A stretch of 62,946 nt of DNA, filler included. It is 17 parts of 17 records of this genome, joined end to end, with 100 filler letters (N's around TTAATTAATTAA, not from the genome) between each part and the next. Parts side by side here need not be neighbours in the genome. Positions count along the whole stretch, not along the records: positions 1 to 3,073 come from SRR7504441_118694; positions 3,174 to 6,500 come from SRR7504441_118722; positions 6,601 to 11,037 come from SRR7504441_124238; positions 11,138 to 14,395 come from SRR7504441_124254; 13 more parts are not named here. One strand, given 5' to 3'. Within the stretch, counting starts at the first letter, position 1, and each line of letters begins with the position of its first letter. Of this stretch, positions 1-13,081 are shown piece by piece. A model generated the notes under the pieces. The model saw nothing but the letters and a program-made list of their open reading frames with translations. It did not search any database and was not told where the DNA came from. Made by a program: the position numbers and the translations under genes.

Positions 1-3000
1 GCTGTCCGGGAGCCTGCCTCACAGCATCGGGAGCTTGAAAACTTTGAGGTTGCTTACTTTGTCCCAGACCTTGTTGTCTGGTACCCTACCACGCACTGTC
101 TCTAGCATGACACGCTTATCGCAGTGTGCGTTCTCCCAGACATCTCTCTCCGGCAGCATCCCTGACACAATCAACAGCATGACCACGCTGCAACAGTTGG
201 ATTTGGCCCAGTCCTCATTCTCTGGCACCCTCCCTCGCATGGGGAGCATGGTCAATCTGCGCAGCTTGTCTTTGCACCAGACGTTCCTATCGGGCACTAT
301 GACCGGGAGTATGCCTAGACCTACCCTGACGACTTTGTCTTTGTCCCAGACCTTGCTTTCTGGCAGCCTGCCTCGCACAATTGCGAGCTTCACAGCCCTA
401 GAGCAGTTGGGTTTATCCCAGACCTCCTTGTCCAGCAGCCTCCCCAGCAGTATTGGCTTCCTTTCGGGGCTAAGGTTGTTACACTTGTCTAGGACTCCTC
501 TCTCCGGCAGCATCCCCGACACGATTGCCAGCATGACCGGGCTTAGACTGTTGTCTTTGTACCGAACATCTCTCTCGGGCACACTGCCTCAGACGATCAG
601 ACTGATGAACGGGTTGAAGCAATTGTTTTTGTCGTCAGCCTCCCTATCTGGGACTCTCCCTGGTTCGATCGGCTCCTTAACCGGGTTACAGGACCTGGAT
701 CTAGCCCAAAACGCATTCAAGGGTACTCTGCCCGCAACCATCGGCCACCTGATCCAGCTGAGGATCCTTATCCTACAGGATAATCAGCTCAGTGGTTCCA
801 GCTCCCCCTCCTTCTCGAACTTGTCGAATCTCACTTTTCTGTCACTGTCAAACAACCGAGGGCTTGGGTTTGATCTTGGGCTGCTCGGCCGCTATACGAA
901 GCTCCAGGCAGCGCTGCTCGAGGTCAATTGGCCTCTACTGCTTCAGACTAAGGGACTGACCAAGGCTTGTTGTGTCCAGGGCTGTAACATCCGAGGCACA
1001 CTGCCACAATTTGATGTGCAGGCACAGCTGGCCAGCCTTCGCGAGCTCCTGCTCACCGACAGTGGCTTATCTGGCACGATACCAGGAACGAGATTTTTAC
1101 CGAACATGCCTGCTCTCCAGACGCTGGCCTTATCACAGAATCCACGACTCAGCGGCACCTTACCTAGCACGCTGCCCCCTGTGCTCAAGACACTGCTGGC
1201 AAACGGCCTGCGGCTGTCAGGTGCTCCAGCTGCGGCTGCAGAGAATGAGGGCGGCTGTCAGGTTCAATTCCAGCTGGCTGGGGCACCGGGGCAGATGGTG
1301 GCGGCAGACGACAGGGTGATGCTGCTACCTGTGTGGATCTGCTTGGGCCGAACGGCCAGCCCTGGCGCGATTCCCAGCAACCCTTCAGATCGGACAATCC
1401 GCTGGGGATTCAGCTGGTGGTCAACAGTCTACTTGTCGGTAGATTCAATTTCATAGACGAGCTCCCTGTGGGCTCAGAGCTTTGCAGGAGAGGCAATTCC
1501 CTTTCTGGGGACTGGGTGGGATGTGGCTGTGACTGGTATAACCAAAGTACCGACAAACTGTGGTATTATGCTGATCCCTCTTCTGGTGATCGAGTGCTTA
1601 CCCAAATGCCCAACAACTACTCTCGTTGCAACGCTTCCAGCCTGAGCACGAGTGGCCTCCAGCTGAGCTCAACATATTCGAACACTATGGACGACCATGC
1701 TAGCGGTGGCTACACGGCCCGCGTGGCTTGCTGTGCGTGTGGCGGAGGCAATAGTACATGGAGGCTTGAGACGCTCTCATTGGCACGCAACTACCTGAGT
1801 GGCCGAATTGATATGCTAGATTCAGCCGTCAACCTCAAGACATTACTCCTGAGTTCCAACTACTTCAGGTTCCGCCCCGCCTCGGGTTGTCTAACCTCTG
1901 GCATGCAGCGGCAACGCTGCGGCGCTTGACGGGGCCCATGACCTGGGCAAGGGGGTCTTTGCAGAGCCGAGTATTGAAACGATGATCGCAACAGGCGATT
2001 TTATGGAAACCTTTCTCGGGCCCAACCCATTTGAAGGCCTCGAGGTGCGCCCTTACCGACAAGTAAGAGGGACAGGCCTCACCAAGGCGGCGATGCAGGT
2101 GCTGACCTATCCAAACATTGCGCTGGTTTTCAGTGGCAATAGCGAGCTTACCACCTCGGCAGCCAGCCTGCCGCCAAACCCACCCGGCAACCTGCTGAAG
2201 AGCGATCGAGTCTGGCAGGGGAGCCACGGGCTGTTCGCTGGGCATGACAACCTAAAGCAGCTGTTGTGGCTGGTGCTGCCGGCCCTCGCGCTGGGACACC
2301 TAGTTGTGATACTTGCTGCCACCTGGCCTGGCCGCTGCTCAGTGATGACATGCATCCAACGTTTCGTTTTATACCTTCAGCAGCCCTCTCGGGAGGGCTT
2401 CGACGAGCAAGGACGCCAGCCAGGTTTGTTGCGCCAGCTTGTGGAGCAGACTGCATTAGCATCTATGCTGCTTGCTGCGCTCGGAGCTGCACTAGTTGTG
2501 CTCAACTTATCGACAAATGGGCTTCATGACGTTTACCATGGTTCTGGAGATGCACTGCTGCGAGCGACCACCACCCCAATCATCCCCGACACAGCTTACA
2601 AGTACGTCTGGGCCATACTGAGCTCGCTGGTCATTGTGGTAGACGCCGTACTGGCCTCGAAGCTGGGCTTAGCCGACCACACCGTTAGAGCCAGTGCCCT
2701 GTTGAACTGCTTGAACGACCTCTGCCGCGTTGAGACGACTTCGTGTTCATCCGCAGTGTGGAACTGGAGGCACCACATGGCATCGGAGAGAGGTGCTGTC
2801 AAGGTGTGGCGACGGTTGCTCTTCTTGCTGGCGCATCTGCCTGTGCTGGTAGTGACCTCGGCGCCAACCTGTGGATGTGAGTCTGGCCGTATGTTTCACC
2901 TTGACCACCTGTGATTGGCAGATGTGCTGGCAAACAACATCTCGACAGCTAACTTGGGTCCCACCTCCCGTTTCGTGGTCGACGTGCTCGGTGGCAACTC

Positions 3001-3073
3001 TCTCCTGGTCGCAATGCTCAACCTGACCATCAACTCACTCATTGTGCCCCCGGCCACTGCCTGGCTGGCTCGA
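1..3073 (+). CDS. LRR ectodomain + multi-pass transmembrane receptor-like protein (partial at both ends, intron-containing)
   Basis: 24-aa LRRs LxxLxLSQTxLSGxLP repeat through 1-1215 and resume near 1760 (LETLSLARNYLSGRI, LKTLLLSSNYF). A Cys-containing insert ending ACCACGGG lies between them. Several hydrophobic helices at 2260-3073. Frames are joined by short GT-AG introns. Confidence 0.75.
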
Positions 3074-3173
3074 NNNNNNNNNNNNNNNNNNNNNNNNNNN
3101 NNNNNNNNNNNNNNNNNTTAATTAATTAANNNNNNNNNNNNNNNNNNNNNNNNNNNNNNNNNNNNNNNNNNNN
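3074..3173. other. Artificial contig-concatenation linker (first of 16)
   Basis: Identical 44N-TTAATTAATTAA-44N blocks (stops in all six frames) start at 3074, 6501, 11038, 14396, 17505, 20622, 24997, 28543, 32858, 36374, 39662, 43794, 47365, 50970, 55003 and 59758. Confidence 0.98.
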
Positions 3174-6100
3174 TACAGATACCCAAGTGTTACCACACGT
3201 AAGCAAGCACTTTGCAGAAGTTGCCCTTCTCCTGCTGTCTACATTTGTACTCAAGGCCTTCTTCAGAGGCTTCTCAATCGATCTCGACATCTTTGCATCG
3301 GCAGGGAGCAAAATTGATGTCCCTCCTTGTAATTTAGCCGAAGCAGTCAGCCCCTTATACCGAGGCTTGTTCAGGGTGAGCAGCTCTGATATTGCCACAC
3401 CAGCTTGTGCGGCAATTGATTGCAATGTATCATCATCACGGGCTGAGTACTCTTTGACATCCTCGTCCTCATCCTGCATCTTGCCTTTCTTGGACGCATC
3501 TCTGTCAATCCGGGTGAAGTTGTCCTTTTTGAAGGCGGGCGGTTTCGAGCCAGACTTGGATTTATTCGACCCTTTGTCCTGATCTAGCTGGTCGAGCAGG
3601 AGCTCGTACTCAAACTTCAAATCTCTGTACCTGTTATGGTCATCCTTGGCCATGCAAACATACTGTGCCTTTGCTGTAAATGAGAGGTCATTCCACATTT
3701 GCACTTGTAATTTTTCAAGGTCTTGAGCGCTCATGCCACTATGGCTCTGCGCTATCAACTTATGGTGCTGTTGCAACCAGAATTTGTAAGCTGGCCTCGG
3801 CCGCTCTGGCGGTTTGGGTTTGGCAGCTTCTCTAGCTGCTTCTTCGCGCTTCTCTTCCTCTTCAAGCAAGGTAAGACTATCAAAGGCATGCCGCGGTATG
3901 AGCAGCTCAGTCCCTTCCTGTAAGCGAGCATTTCCGTTAAGCCCTTCATAGCGGCCGCGATTGATCTCAAACAACTCTTTGAACTTCATGCCTAGTTTAA
4001 CAGAGATTTCTTTCAGTGTTTCGTCATCTCGTGCTGAATACAGGTATGGAAGGCGGAGTGCTGTCCCAGCCCTCAGCCGTGCATTCATGGTTAGCCCTTG
4101 CAGATGCTCTTGACCCTTATTGATAGTAAGCAGGTCGCTGACATCAATCCCTGTCTTGTCTGCGATCTGACGGGCAGTTTCGTTCTCCTCTGCTATGTAA
4201 TTTGCACCAGCAGGATCAACGCCTCGAACTGTTGTACCAGGATCCGGTCTTGCACCTTTGCCAGTCAAGTTGCTGATGCTTGAACCAATCTCTTTGCCTG
4301 CAGCCACAAGTAGCTCTGTTTTATCTTTCAGGCGGGCATGCGCCTGAAGCCCTTTATGTCGCCGACGATTGAAGCGCACAAGTTCCTTGGGATCTAAGTC
4401 CAGTTTCTTTCCTATTGTTTGCAACGTCTCGTTCTCTTCAGCAACGTATATGTATGGCAGCAGCAGTTCCGTACCAGCCATCAATTGGGCACCCGCTGAT
4501 ATACCCTTGAAACGCGTTGCATTCATATCAAGCAAGTCTTGAACTTCAACCCCCAGCTCCACAGCAATCTTTGATGGTACTTCATTGTCCTCTGCAATGT
4601 ATACCCCTCGGCGGCGTTGCACAATCTGGCCTTTTGCTGGAGGAATCACAATTTCGGAGTTTTTCTTCAGCCTGGTGTCTTTGCGGAGGCCACTGTGATG
4701 CATCTCATTGATTGCAAGTAAGTGCTCGACGTCTAATTTCCTTTCTCGAGCGATCTGCAACAATGTCGTGCTTTTATCAATTGTTGTGATCCTTTCTAAG
4801 AGCACTTCGCCTTGTGGTATGCGCACCTCAGTACCCCGGCTCAATTGAGTTCCTTGGTAGAACCCATCAAATCTAGCTAGATTGACCGCAATTAAGCTAA
4901 CAATGTCCACATCAAGCTTTTGCGCAATAGCCACTGGAGTCTCTTTGTCTTGTGCATCATACCGGTCCAGGAATTCACTCTGATCTGGCCCATCCTGTTC
5001 TGCTTCTTGGATTGCCATTGCATCTTGTCCGGTTGGATCAAAATCATTGGGCTTACTGGGTGTTTCAGTTGCCTCCTCATCATCAAGTCCAGCATCAGCG
5101 TTATCAGCTACCATACCATCCGCCGGCTTGCTCCCAACTGCACAAACAGTCCAATATAAAAAGGCGCAAACACAGATGCTACTACCAGGCTTGCTCCAGT
5201 GTAGATCTGGCATGTCAAGTCCGGCCAGCTGGCAGGCCGCTTGATATACATTGCCCTGAGTGCCTGCTGTGAGTGTTACCAGCAGCAGTGCGTGCACCTC
5301 GACAGAACTCGGAGTGACAAAGCCGATCAGTTGAGCAAACTGTTGAGAGAACTGCGCACCTGGGGGCAGTACGTGCGCTCAAATTCGCGCCAGGCTCGCG
5401 CGCCATCAGGCAGAGCACACCGAGCTTAAGTTCTGATGCAACGATATCTGAGGCTTTCCGGGATTTCTGTGCTGTCGCTAGTCGCGTGAGCACTTCGGCA
5501 TTGGCATTCAGAACCTGCTGCAGATCCTCCACCAGCGCAGCATTCCCACTGCCCGACCAGAATCAGCGGCCCGCACCAGACTGCAGCCAATGGGAGCGCA
5601 CCAGTGGGGCAGGTGTCCCAGGATATCGATGGTGGGTATGTTCGAGGGGTCGAACTCGTCTGGAGTGGGCACATGCAAAGGCAGTAGCCATCCCTGTGCC
5701 AGGTCAACCTACGCACAATCATTTACCCGTCGAGCTGCCACAATGCCTGCTCCTGCACAGCTGCAATCCGGACATCCGACTGCTCGTTGCCATGCAACAT
5801 TTCTACGATGACGGCCTTGGAAGTGGCCCCGCGCACGTTGGCTCGGTTCCATTTCTTCTTGCGAAGGTTCCAAACCTTGATCAGCGGGAAGCCAGTCCAT
5901 TGCTGCAATTCTTGCCACTCCACCGACAACTTGGGTGTCGGCACGATCCCGAGCCTCACGCTGCTGCGCGCCCCAAGGCGTTCCACGATCTCGGCGAACG
6001 GGATTTCGCACCGAAAGGCATCCGCTTTGGACTTTTCGCGCGTCAACCTGGCCTGGGGCAGCTGGATTGCCGCCGATTGCTTGTGCTGTTGCAGTAGCTG

Positions 6101-6368
6101 CCCTGTCTTTTCTAGGCGCGGCCAAGGCATTGGGGCGGACAACGCGATCGCAATGCTCCCACTCGGCTTACGGCCCTTGATCGCTCGGACCTTACCGAAC
6201 ACGATGCCCTGGAAAGCCCACGGGCTCAGGCTGCACCGTCGAACGCTGACCCACCTGAAGCCCATGCGCAGCCCACTTTGAGTTGCGCGGCACCACCGCC
6301 GCCGCAAACTCCCCCACCTCGAACCCTTCTGGCCATTGCGTTGAAGCCGCCGCACTCAGCTCCGCCAT
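3174..6368 (-). CDS. LysM-repeat (7 copies) + HMG-box protein, 3'-truncated
   Basis: Repeats of YxAxxxETxxxIAxxLGVxxxxLxxxNxxRxxGLxxxAxLxxGTxLLLP. HMG box PERPRPAYKFWLQQHH...MWNDLSFTAKAQYVCMAKDDHNRY at about 3600-3812. A probable ATG at 6368 splices (GTGGGT...TTCCAG) into the 5723-6355 frame. No signal peptide seen. Confidence 0.75.
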
Positions 6369-6600
6369 CCCGAGCAACACTACAACGGAAATCTGGCGTT
6401 TGAGTACGTATACCGGTCAATAGCGTTTGAGCAAAAGTACGTACAGCTGTACTACTAAGGTTGTGGAAGTATATCGACCGACTTTGCCTAAATATTGATA
6501 NNNNNNNNNNNNNNNNNNNNNNNNNNNNNNNNNNNNNNNNNNNNTTAATTAATTAANNNNNNNNNNNNNNNNNNNNNNNNNNNNNNNNNNNNNNNNNNNN

Positions 6601-9600
6601 GATCCTGCATGTCCTCAAACACGATCAATTGCTGCTGGTCGCCAAATAGTGATCGAATGATACGTCCTACCAGCAAAACCACGGAGCCATACAGAAACAC
6701 CAACCCTCCACTCCCCTGTGGCCAAAGCCTTGAGTCGCATCTTGGGCATGGTTAGTACCTCGATGAGAGCGACAAAACCACTGAGGCTATCTTCGGTAAA
6801 GACAGGCAGGTAGGGCCACACCCACTCTCCGCTACTTGGATCGGTGGCATTTGGAAGAAACTGTTGGACTTGCCACCAGCTGCCGCACCTGCCAACTAAC
6901 CTCAGCATTTAGACAGAACAAGGCTTACCAGCCTGCTGAAAGGTACTGAGACCTGAGCGTCAAGAGGATATCGCAGAAGCCCCCCTCCCTGCATCTGCCA
7001 ACACGCGCTTTCCCAACTTCTTTGTCGCGAGGCAGCACAACATCATCGGAATTGGCGTCGGCGACACGAATGCTGTTTGTGCTGGTCCAAACCTTGCCTG
7101 TGGATTCGAGCGCGGTGCAGTTTATCTGCTCCCACTCGTTCACAATCTGTAGTATATCCTGCACACATTTCAATTCCAGTCTGTTCCCTTCGGGTACCAA
7201 ACAATTCACCGGCGACAATAAGCCCTTTGTATGGCCATTTGACGCCTTGTCATGTGACGCCGCGTCATTGATATACACGTTTACATCTGCACTGTCAGAG
7301 TTTTTGACCAACCTGAAGGGCACAGGAAAACATAAATCGCAGCACAGGTCAATAGTCTCACCAGTAACGGAGATCCATGGAACCCGTACCAGCGCCACTT
7401 GCACAATAGTGAAGCATTGTTTTGAGCATCGCCAGCTGAGGTGGAGTCGGATCCCATGTGAAGGAAGAGTTGGAATCGAATTGCAGGCATTGGAAGTTGT
7501 AACTGGCATGCCAATGGTCAGCATGGGGCTCAGAATGCGGCCTCACAGGGATGACGAGTGCGAGCTATTGGATTTCAGATCCGTGCACCGATTTGGATCT
7601 GCCACAGCCAGCATCTGTGGAGTTTGCCAGAGATGAGCAGTTAGTGTTTGCCGGCTGCCAGCCTCCATGAATAGCATTCGTAGCGAAGCGAACGACAATA
7701 CAACGCTATTCGACTCCGAGTTTGGGAATGCACCCGAGAATATAAACAACGGGCCCCACAAGCACAGAACCAGGCCCACTACGATAGAGGCCCCGGCCAA
7801 TAGCTTAAACCACAGCTCTTGAGAGTCGCCTTCTTTTCGACCACTGCGGGCTGCGTCTCTCTCCATAGCCCGATTTTGACGATTGAGGAATAACTGCCGA
7901 TTAATGTCCTCTAGTTTGAACCTGCCATCCATTAAACAAGAGCCAGTACATCCAATCGCACCATTCGAAGAAAGTGAGGGCCGTTCCTATGCACACCCAG
8001 TCCAGAAGTACTCGAATCTCAAATAAAAAGGGGCACAGTGAGTATAGTGTGAACCCAATCAATTTGAAGAACGAGACCTTTTCATTTGCGGTAATATCTC
8101 CAGGTTCATATTTGGTCCAGAAATTCTCGTGCGTCAACATTGTGTACCCGTAGCACACTTGCACCGCCGAGTAGTACCAGTACACGCACTTAAAGAGAAA
8201 GTACATAATGACCACAAACGAGTGGAGCTGCATTGGGGGTCGGTACAAGAGGACAGTTAGGGTCAGCGAGACGGAAGTCAAAAGATGCACCACCTTTCCT
8301 GGTATCCAATTAAGACAGTAGATGATGCGGTCCAGCATCATCATAAAGAACTGCACGAGTAGAATAAAGAACAAATCAGTAGTCAAGTAATCCGCAAGAT
8401 TATCGCTGCCATCGTGGTGAGACGCTCCCTCTGGGTTCTGGGACTCGCTTAGAATCATGTAGAGAAGACTCCAAAAGAATGCCAAGAAGTCCCAAGAAAA
8501 CATCGAAATATAACAGTCTACGCCCCTCAGGCTCTTGCACGAAACGTGCAGACTCAGCGCACGCAGGCAATTGTCTGAGACGCTATTCCATGTCCTCCGC
8601 GTGCCTCGCCTTTTAGGAGCCAGTCTCTTGTCACCCCAGGTGCCAAAGAAAAACATCCAGACCTCCAGCAGCAAGCTGTATTGATGCATGCACTTGAAGA
8701 AGCTCAGCTTACACGAGCCTGGCGCACGGCTCATTTTCAGCTCTTTGGGCGGGATCTGTTGAACCGGGCCCTGAAACCAGGCCTGGTAACCTTCGCCTGG
8801 GGCAGAGTCAGCAATTGAAACTTCTAGAGGGGAAATCGTTGAAGGGAGGTCTTTCTCGACGCGCAGTTTGAACGATCGAAGCAGCTCTTGAAATTCAGCC
8901 AATTTTTCCAGGCGCGTACAGAGATCGCTTTTGCTTGCAATTGCTTCCTCGCAGGCTTCCGGCATATCATCCTCGATAGAAGGCCTCGCAACAACTTCCA
9001 CTCTATTGTCCAGATTGAAGGCTTCCAGCACATCCCTGCATAAATCCTTGACTTGCACAGTGTCCAATGTTTCAGGTGTCACGTAAATAACAAAGGTCAG
9101 TTCCTGGTCTTGGCTATCAACTCTGACTGATGCCTGGTCGACACCTTGAAGTTCTACAACGTCGCGCTCGACAATCTGGCCCGCCTGTCCAAGCAGTGCT
9201 GCCCGAGCCACGTCTACGTCAGCAATTAGGTCTTGTAATGCTGTCTTGATTTTCTCTTTTACAGGCTCCTCGCGCGGTGCCTCGACGCTGCAGACACGCC
9301 GCTTGATCTGCGACAGAAGCGAATCGCTGAGAAGCTTTTCGATGCGTGAACCAATCAAATAATAGTACACGGTCCAGTTGCTTGAACCACTCAGTAAGCA
9401 GTCCACCATCTGAGACAGCGTGTTTCGGAACTCAAACGTGTACAAGTCTTCTAAGTCTTCCACCAGCAGCGACAATACGGACACGTCCTCACTCTCTGAT
9501 CGGACCCCCTCTTGTGTTCTTTCGTCTTGCTGATCGAGCAATTCGAATGCATGACAGAGAGATTCCAATGGAGAATCATACACATCGTGCACCTGGCCAT

Positions 9601-11037
9601 AGTGCCGTCGCTGATCCTTGTGAATGCCCAGCAGAGTGAACAGTATTACCGGAATGAAAAGGTACCAGAATGCATCATCGCCGGAAGAGTTTTTGGCAAC
9701 GCCTAAAAGCACAGGCCAGGACTTGTATGGGCGAACACCGCGCCTGTCGGACCCAGAACTGTCATATGGTCGGGCACAAACGTAACAAACATCGCTGAGA
9801 AACTGATCATTGCTGGGCACAGAAGCGTCTTTGGCACAGAAGCCCTCCCTAGTTTCTGGCAAGGCAGAGTTGGAGCATTGCAACGTTTGGTAAGACGTAG
9901 CACAGAGGCCGCTAGTGTCAACATTGGTCACGAATAAAGGCATCGAAATAGACAAGACCACGACGCAGTAAATTATCAGATAAACGATGATGGCATTCCA
10001 TGCAGCTGGTGAGAGCCTCGGCCGCTGGGTCAACCCAAAGAGGATCAGGCAAGAGGTAAGAATGAGAGTAATGACACCCCCAGTAACTCCATGTTGTAGG
10101 CAAATGAAGAACAGAATGGACTTGCCGATTGTATCGAAAATGCTCTCCCACCAATGTCCCCTTTCATTTTGCACCAAGCGTTGCTTATCCTCTGGGCTGT
10201 AATCTTTCCAGGCAGAGCCAACGCTTTTACTCGCCCTGTGAAGATCCGAGGAATATCTGAACGCCATCCCATCGGCAGTGCGGAGCCAATTCAGAAAGGA
10301 GCCCCCGACTTCTGACAGCCAATTTTGACAGCCGCCTTCTTTCAACGTGTCTGTGCTGTCAGCTGGTCCGTCGAGTTGCTCACCGCTGCCTTGCGACGAG
10401 ACATCCCCCTTTAGCTGTATCTCCCCGGGCTGGCCTGTTGCGGCCAGTTGCTCACAGCTGCCTTGCGACGAGACATCTGCATACAATCTCATGTTGGAAA
10501 GGTTAGACTCTAGAAAAGCAATTTACCTGAAGCGTCGGATTCGTCAGGCTGTTGTTCCTTTGGAGCTGAATCTCGCAACATCAAAGAGTCCGATACCTTT
10601 TCCAATAAAGCCTGGTGGCGCTCTTTTGACTTGTCAAACACCGCTGCGTGCAGAAAATTTAGGAAAAGGCGCTTGAGACTGCTTGCAGGCTAATTTAGCG
10701 CACCTTGCAGATCTCGTACCCGTCGCATGCTGTATATGATGGCACCCAGATAGCGCCGGATCTGGCCAAGCCAGCACAGGGTAAGGCGGGAATCAAAGAG
10801 GCACTGTTACCGCCTTGACTGGGCCGACGTTCTTCTCATAGTGTGCTGTGTACTCCCAGGACGGAGATCGATCAACAAAGGAATCGTGAAGCTGGCAGAG
10901 GACAAAAATGACAATAGGGCCACCGGGCACTCTTTCGTTGTTCTTCTCGGGGTAATAGTGGCTCAAATTGGAGAGAATGCAGCCATCCGCGTTGCTCGCT
11001 GCCCTGGTTTCAGGATTGAAAGAGTTGTATGACAGCA
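6601..11037 (-). CDS. PIEZO: Piezo-type mechanosensitive ion channel, C-terminal part (truncated both ends)
   Basis: Anchor/outer-helix signature CPFLFEIRVLLDWVCIGTALTFFEW|FKLEDI (40-nt intron 7922-7961 restores it), FFMMMLDRIIY, LWGPLFIFS, cap region, and VGRIIRSLFGDQQQLIVFEDMQD at the contig edge. Confidence 0.9.
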
Positions 11038-11357
11038 NNNNNNNNNNNNNNNNNNNNNNNNNNNNNNNNNNNNNNNNNNNNTTAATTAATTAANNNNNNN
11101 NNNNNNNNNNNNNNNNNNNNNNNNNNNNNNNNNNNNNGTTGCGGCTCCGGGTCTCGATCTTGCCCACCGGCCCCTCGGGGAGCTGCACCCAGTCCCCCGG
11201 GCCTGGCCGGTGCGGCGGTGTGTGCCCGGCCAGCTTGACCGGCTGTCGGCCAGGCGGGGTCACCGGCTGCTGACCGCTCATGGCGGTCTTATGCTCAGAG
11301 GCGTGCAACCGGCCGTGAACGGTCGTAACGGCCGCGGCGGCGCCGGCTCAAGAAGCG

Positions 11358-12930
11358 ATGACAGCCGCACAGCCGAGGCCCTGGGGTGTGCTGCTGGGTG
11401 TGCTGCTGCTGACGCTCCCGAGCACCCTGGCGCAGTCGTGGCCCAAGGGGTGCGGCACGGGTGGGCCAAGCCCCTGCGGGGACAAGCCCTGCCTCCCAAA
11501 CTGGCCGGCCACCTACAACATGCAGGAGTCCACCATCTTCATGCCCTGCAACTACAGCGGTCATGCCCCCACCCCCCACTGCTAACTGCCAGCCCAGGCC
11601 ACTACGACCCGGAGGTGGCTGCCCGGTTCGGGATTGTGGACTTCGAGTGCGGCAGCCTCGCAGCAGGGTTGAGCCGGGGGCAGTTGGTCCAACCAAAAAG
11701 AGCTCTGGGTGAATGACCGGCCGATGAGCTGCAAAGAGCGGCTGATAGAACAGGCCCGGGTGATCAAGGCCATCAACAACCGGACCAAGGTGTGGGTGTA
11801 CCGCGAGTCTGTCGCCGCACAGCCCTGGTACTCGGATGTCCGGCAGAAACTGCTATCTAACCCGGAGTGGTTTCTAAAGTTCGACCCCTCCAAGCGGGGC
11901 AACTACACTGTGCCGCAGTGCGACAACAATTTCAGCCCGGCCCGCTGCTCCGAGCTCTACCACGACCAAGTCCAGACACCCAACTACCCTAAAGGCGACG
12001 GCAGCTGCAAGGCGCCTTGTGATTGCGGGGTGCCGTGCGGCCGTTACCTCTGGGACACCCGCAACCCGGAGCTAGTGGATTGGCTGGTGGATGAGCACCT
12101 GACGGGAGACGTCTCGCCGGATACGTTGGTCAATGGAATCTTCTTGGATGATGTGAGTTGATACTGATGAATAATAAGCCTGGGCAGGACGATTTGATGT
12201 GAGTAATAAGGCTGACGTGATTAATCTTCTTGGCCGTGATGTGAGTAGTAAGTCTGGGCAGGACTGGAGCCCTGTGGGCGGGGCGGCAGAGAATTGCCTG
12301 CTGAACGATTGCAAGCACGACATGGTGAGTCCGGGCCGTGTGCGGCCGTGACTCGGCTTGCAGGGCCTATCGACTAAAGACGTGGGCGACATCGTGTCCG
12401 GCTGGTGCAACATGATGAAGCGAGCCCAGGCCAAAGTCCTTAGTAAAGGCGGATTCGACTGGAGAATGTTCTCACCCGGCAGTGGGACGTGCGCAGGCCC
12501 ACCCTTCAGCGCCGGAGCGCTCCGTGGAGGGGCGCAGAGCTGTGCATCGTACATGAGAGAACAGTGCTCCAGCACGAACACACTCGAGCAGTCAGCTATG
12601 ATGTACGGGCTCGGGCAAGGCTGCAAGCTGGTCACTGACAGCCAGACCGGCAATCCAGTCGACTTTGAGCAGCATCTGGCCTCATTCCTGCTGCTGAGGG
12701 GCCCCTACGCCTGGCTGGGATGGGCATGGGTTGGGTGCGGCCCGGTCCCGCCTACACCCAAGGAGATGTTTGAAACAGACTATGGGGTGCCGACCGGTCT
12801 GTGCAAAGAGACGGCAGCAGGGTCAGGGGTGTTTACACGTGATTGGACGAAAGCGTCAATTACAGTGGATTGCAACCAATGGAAAAGCACCATCACCATG
12901 AAAGCAACGGGGAAGAGCGCTTTTGCTTAG
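11358..12930 (+). CDS. Secreted putative glycoside hydrolase (GHL15/GH168-like TIM barrel), multi-exon
   Basis: Signal peptide (WGVLLGVLLLTLPSTLA). Motifs TKVWVYRE, YLWDTRNPELVDW, NGIFLDD, LASFLLLRGPYAWLGW and C-terminal DYGVPTG...VFTRDWTKASITVDC. Family assignment is from remembered motif similarity. Confidence 0.55.
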
Positions 12931-13081
12931 TTAGCTGGTTCAGTTTACGTACCTCTGATTAAAATGATGGTTATGTCACTTCTTCAGTGTCTTATACAAT
13001 CATGGTCCTTTATATACGATATTATACAAGCCCTTTCTAGGACGCTCGTGAGGAGACTTAATAATGGACTAGCAATAGGAC

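Noticed and set aside
10385-10477. 21-bp direct repeat GCTGCCTTGCGACGAGACATC in the Piezo gene
   Set aside because: A simple intragenic duplication encoding DVSSQGS twice in a low-complexity loop.
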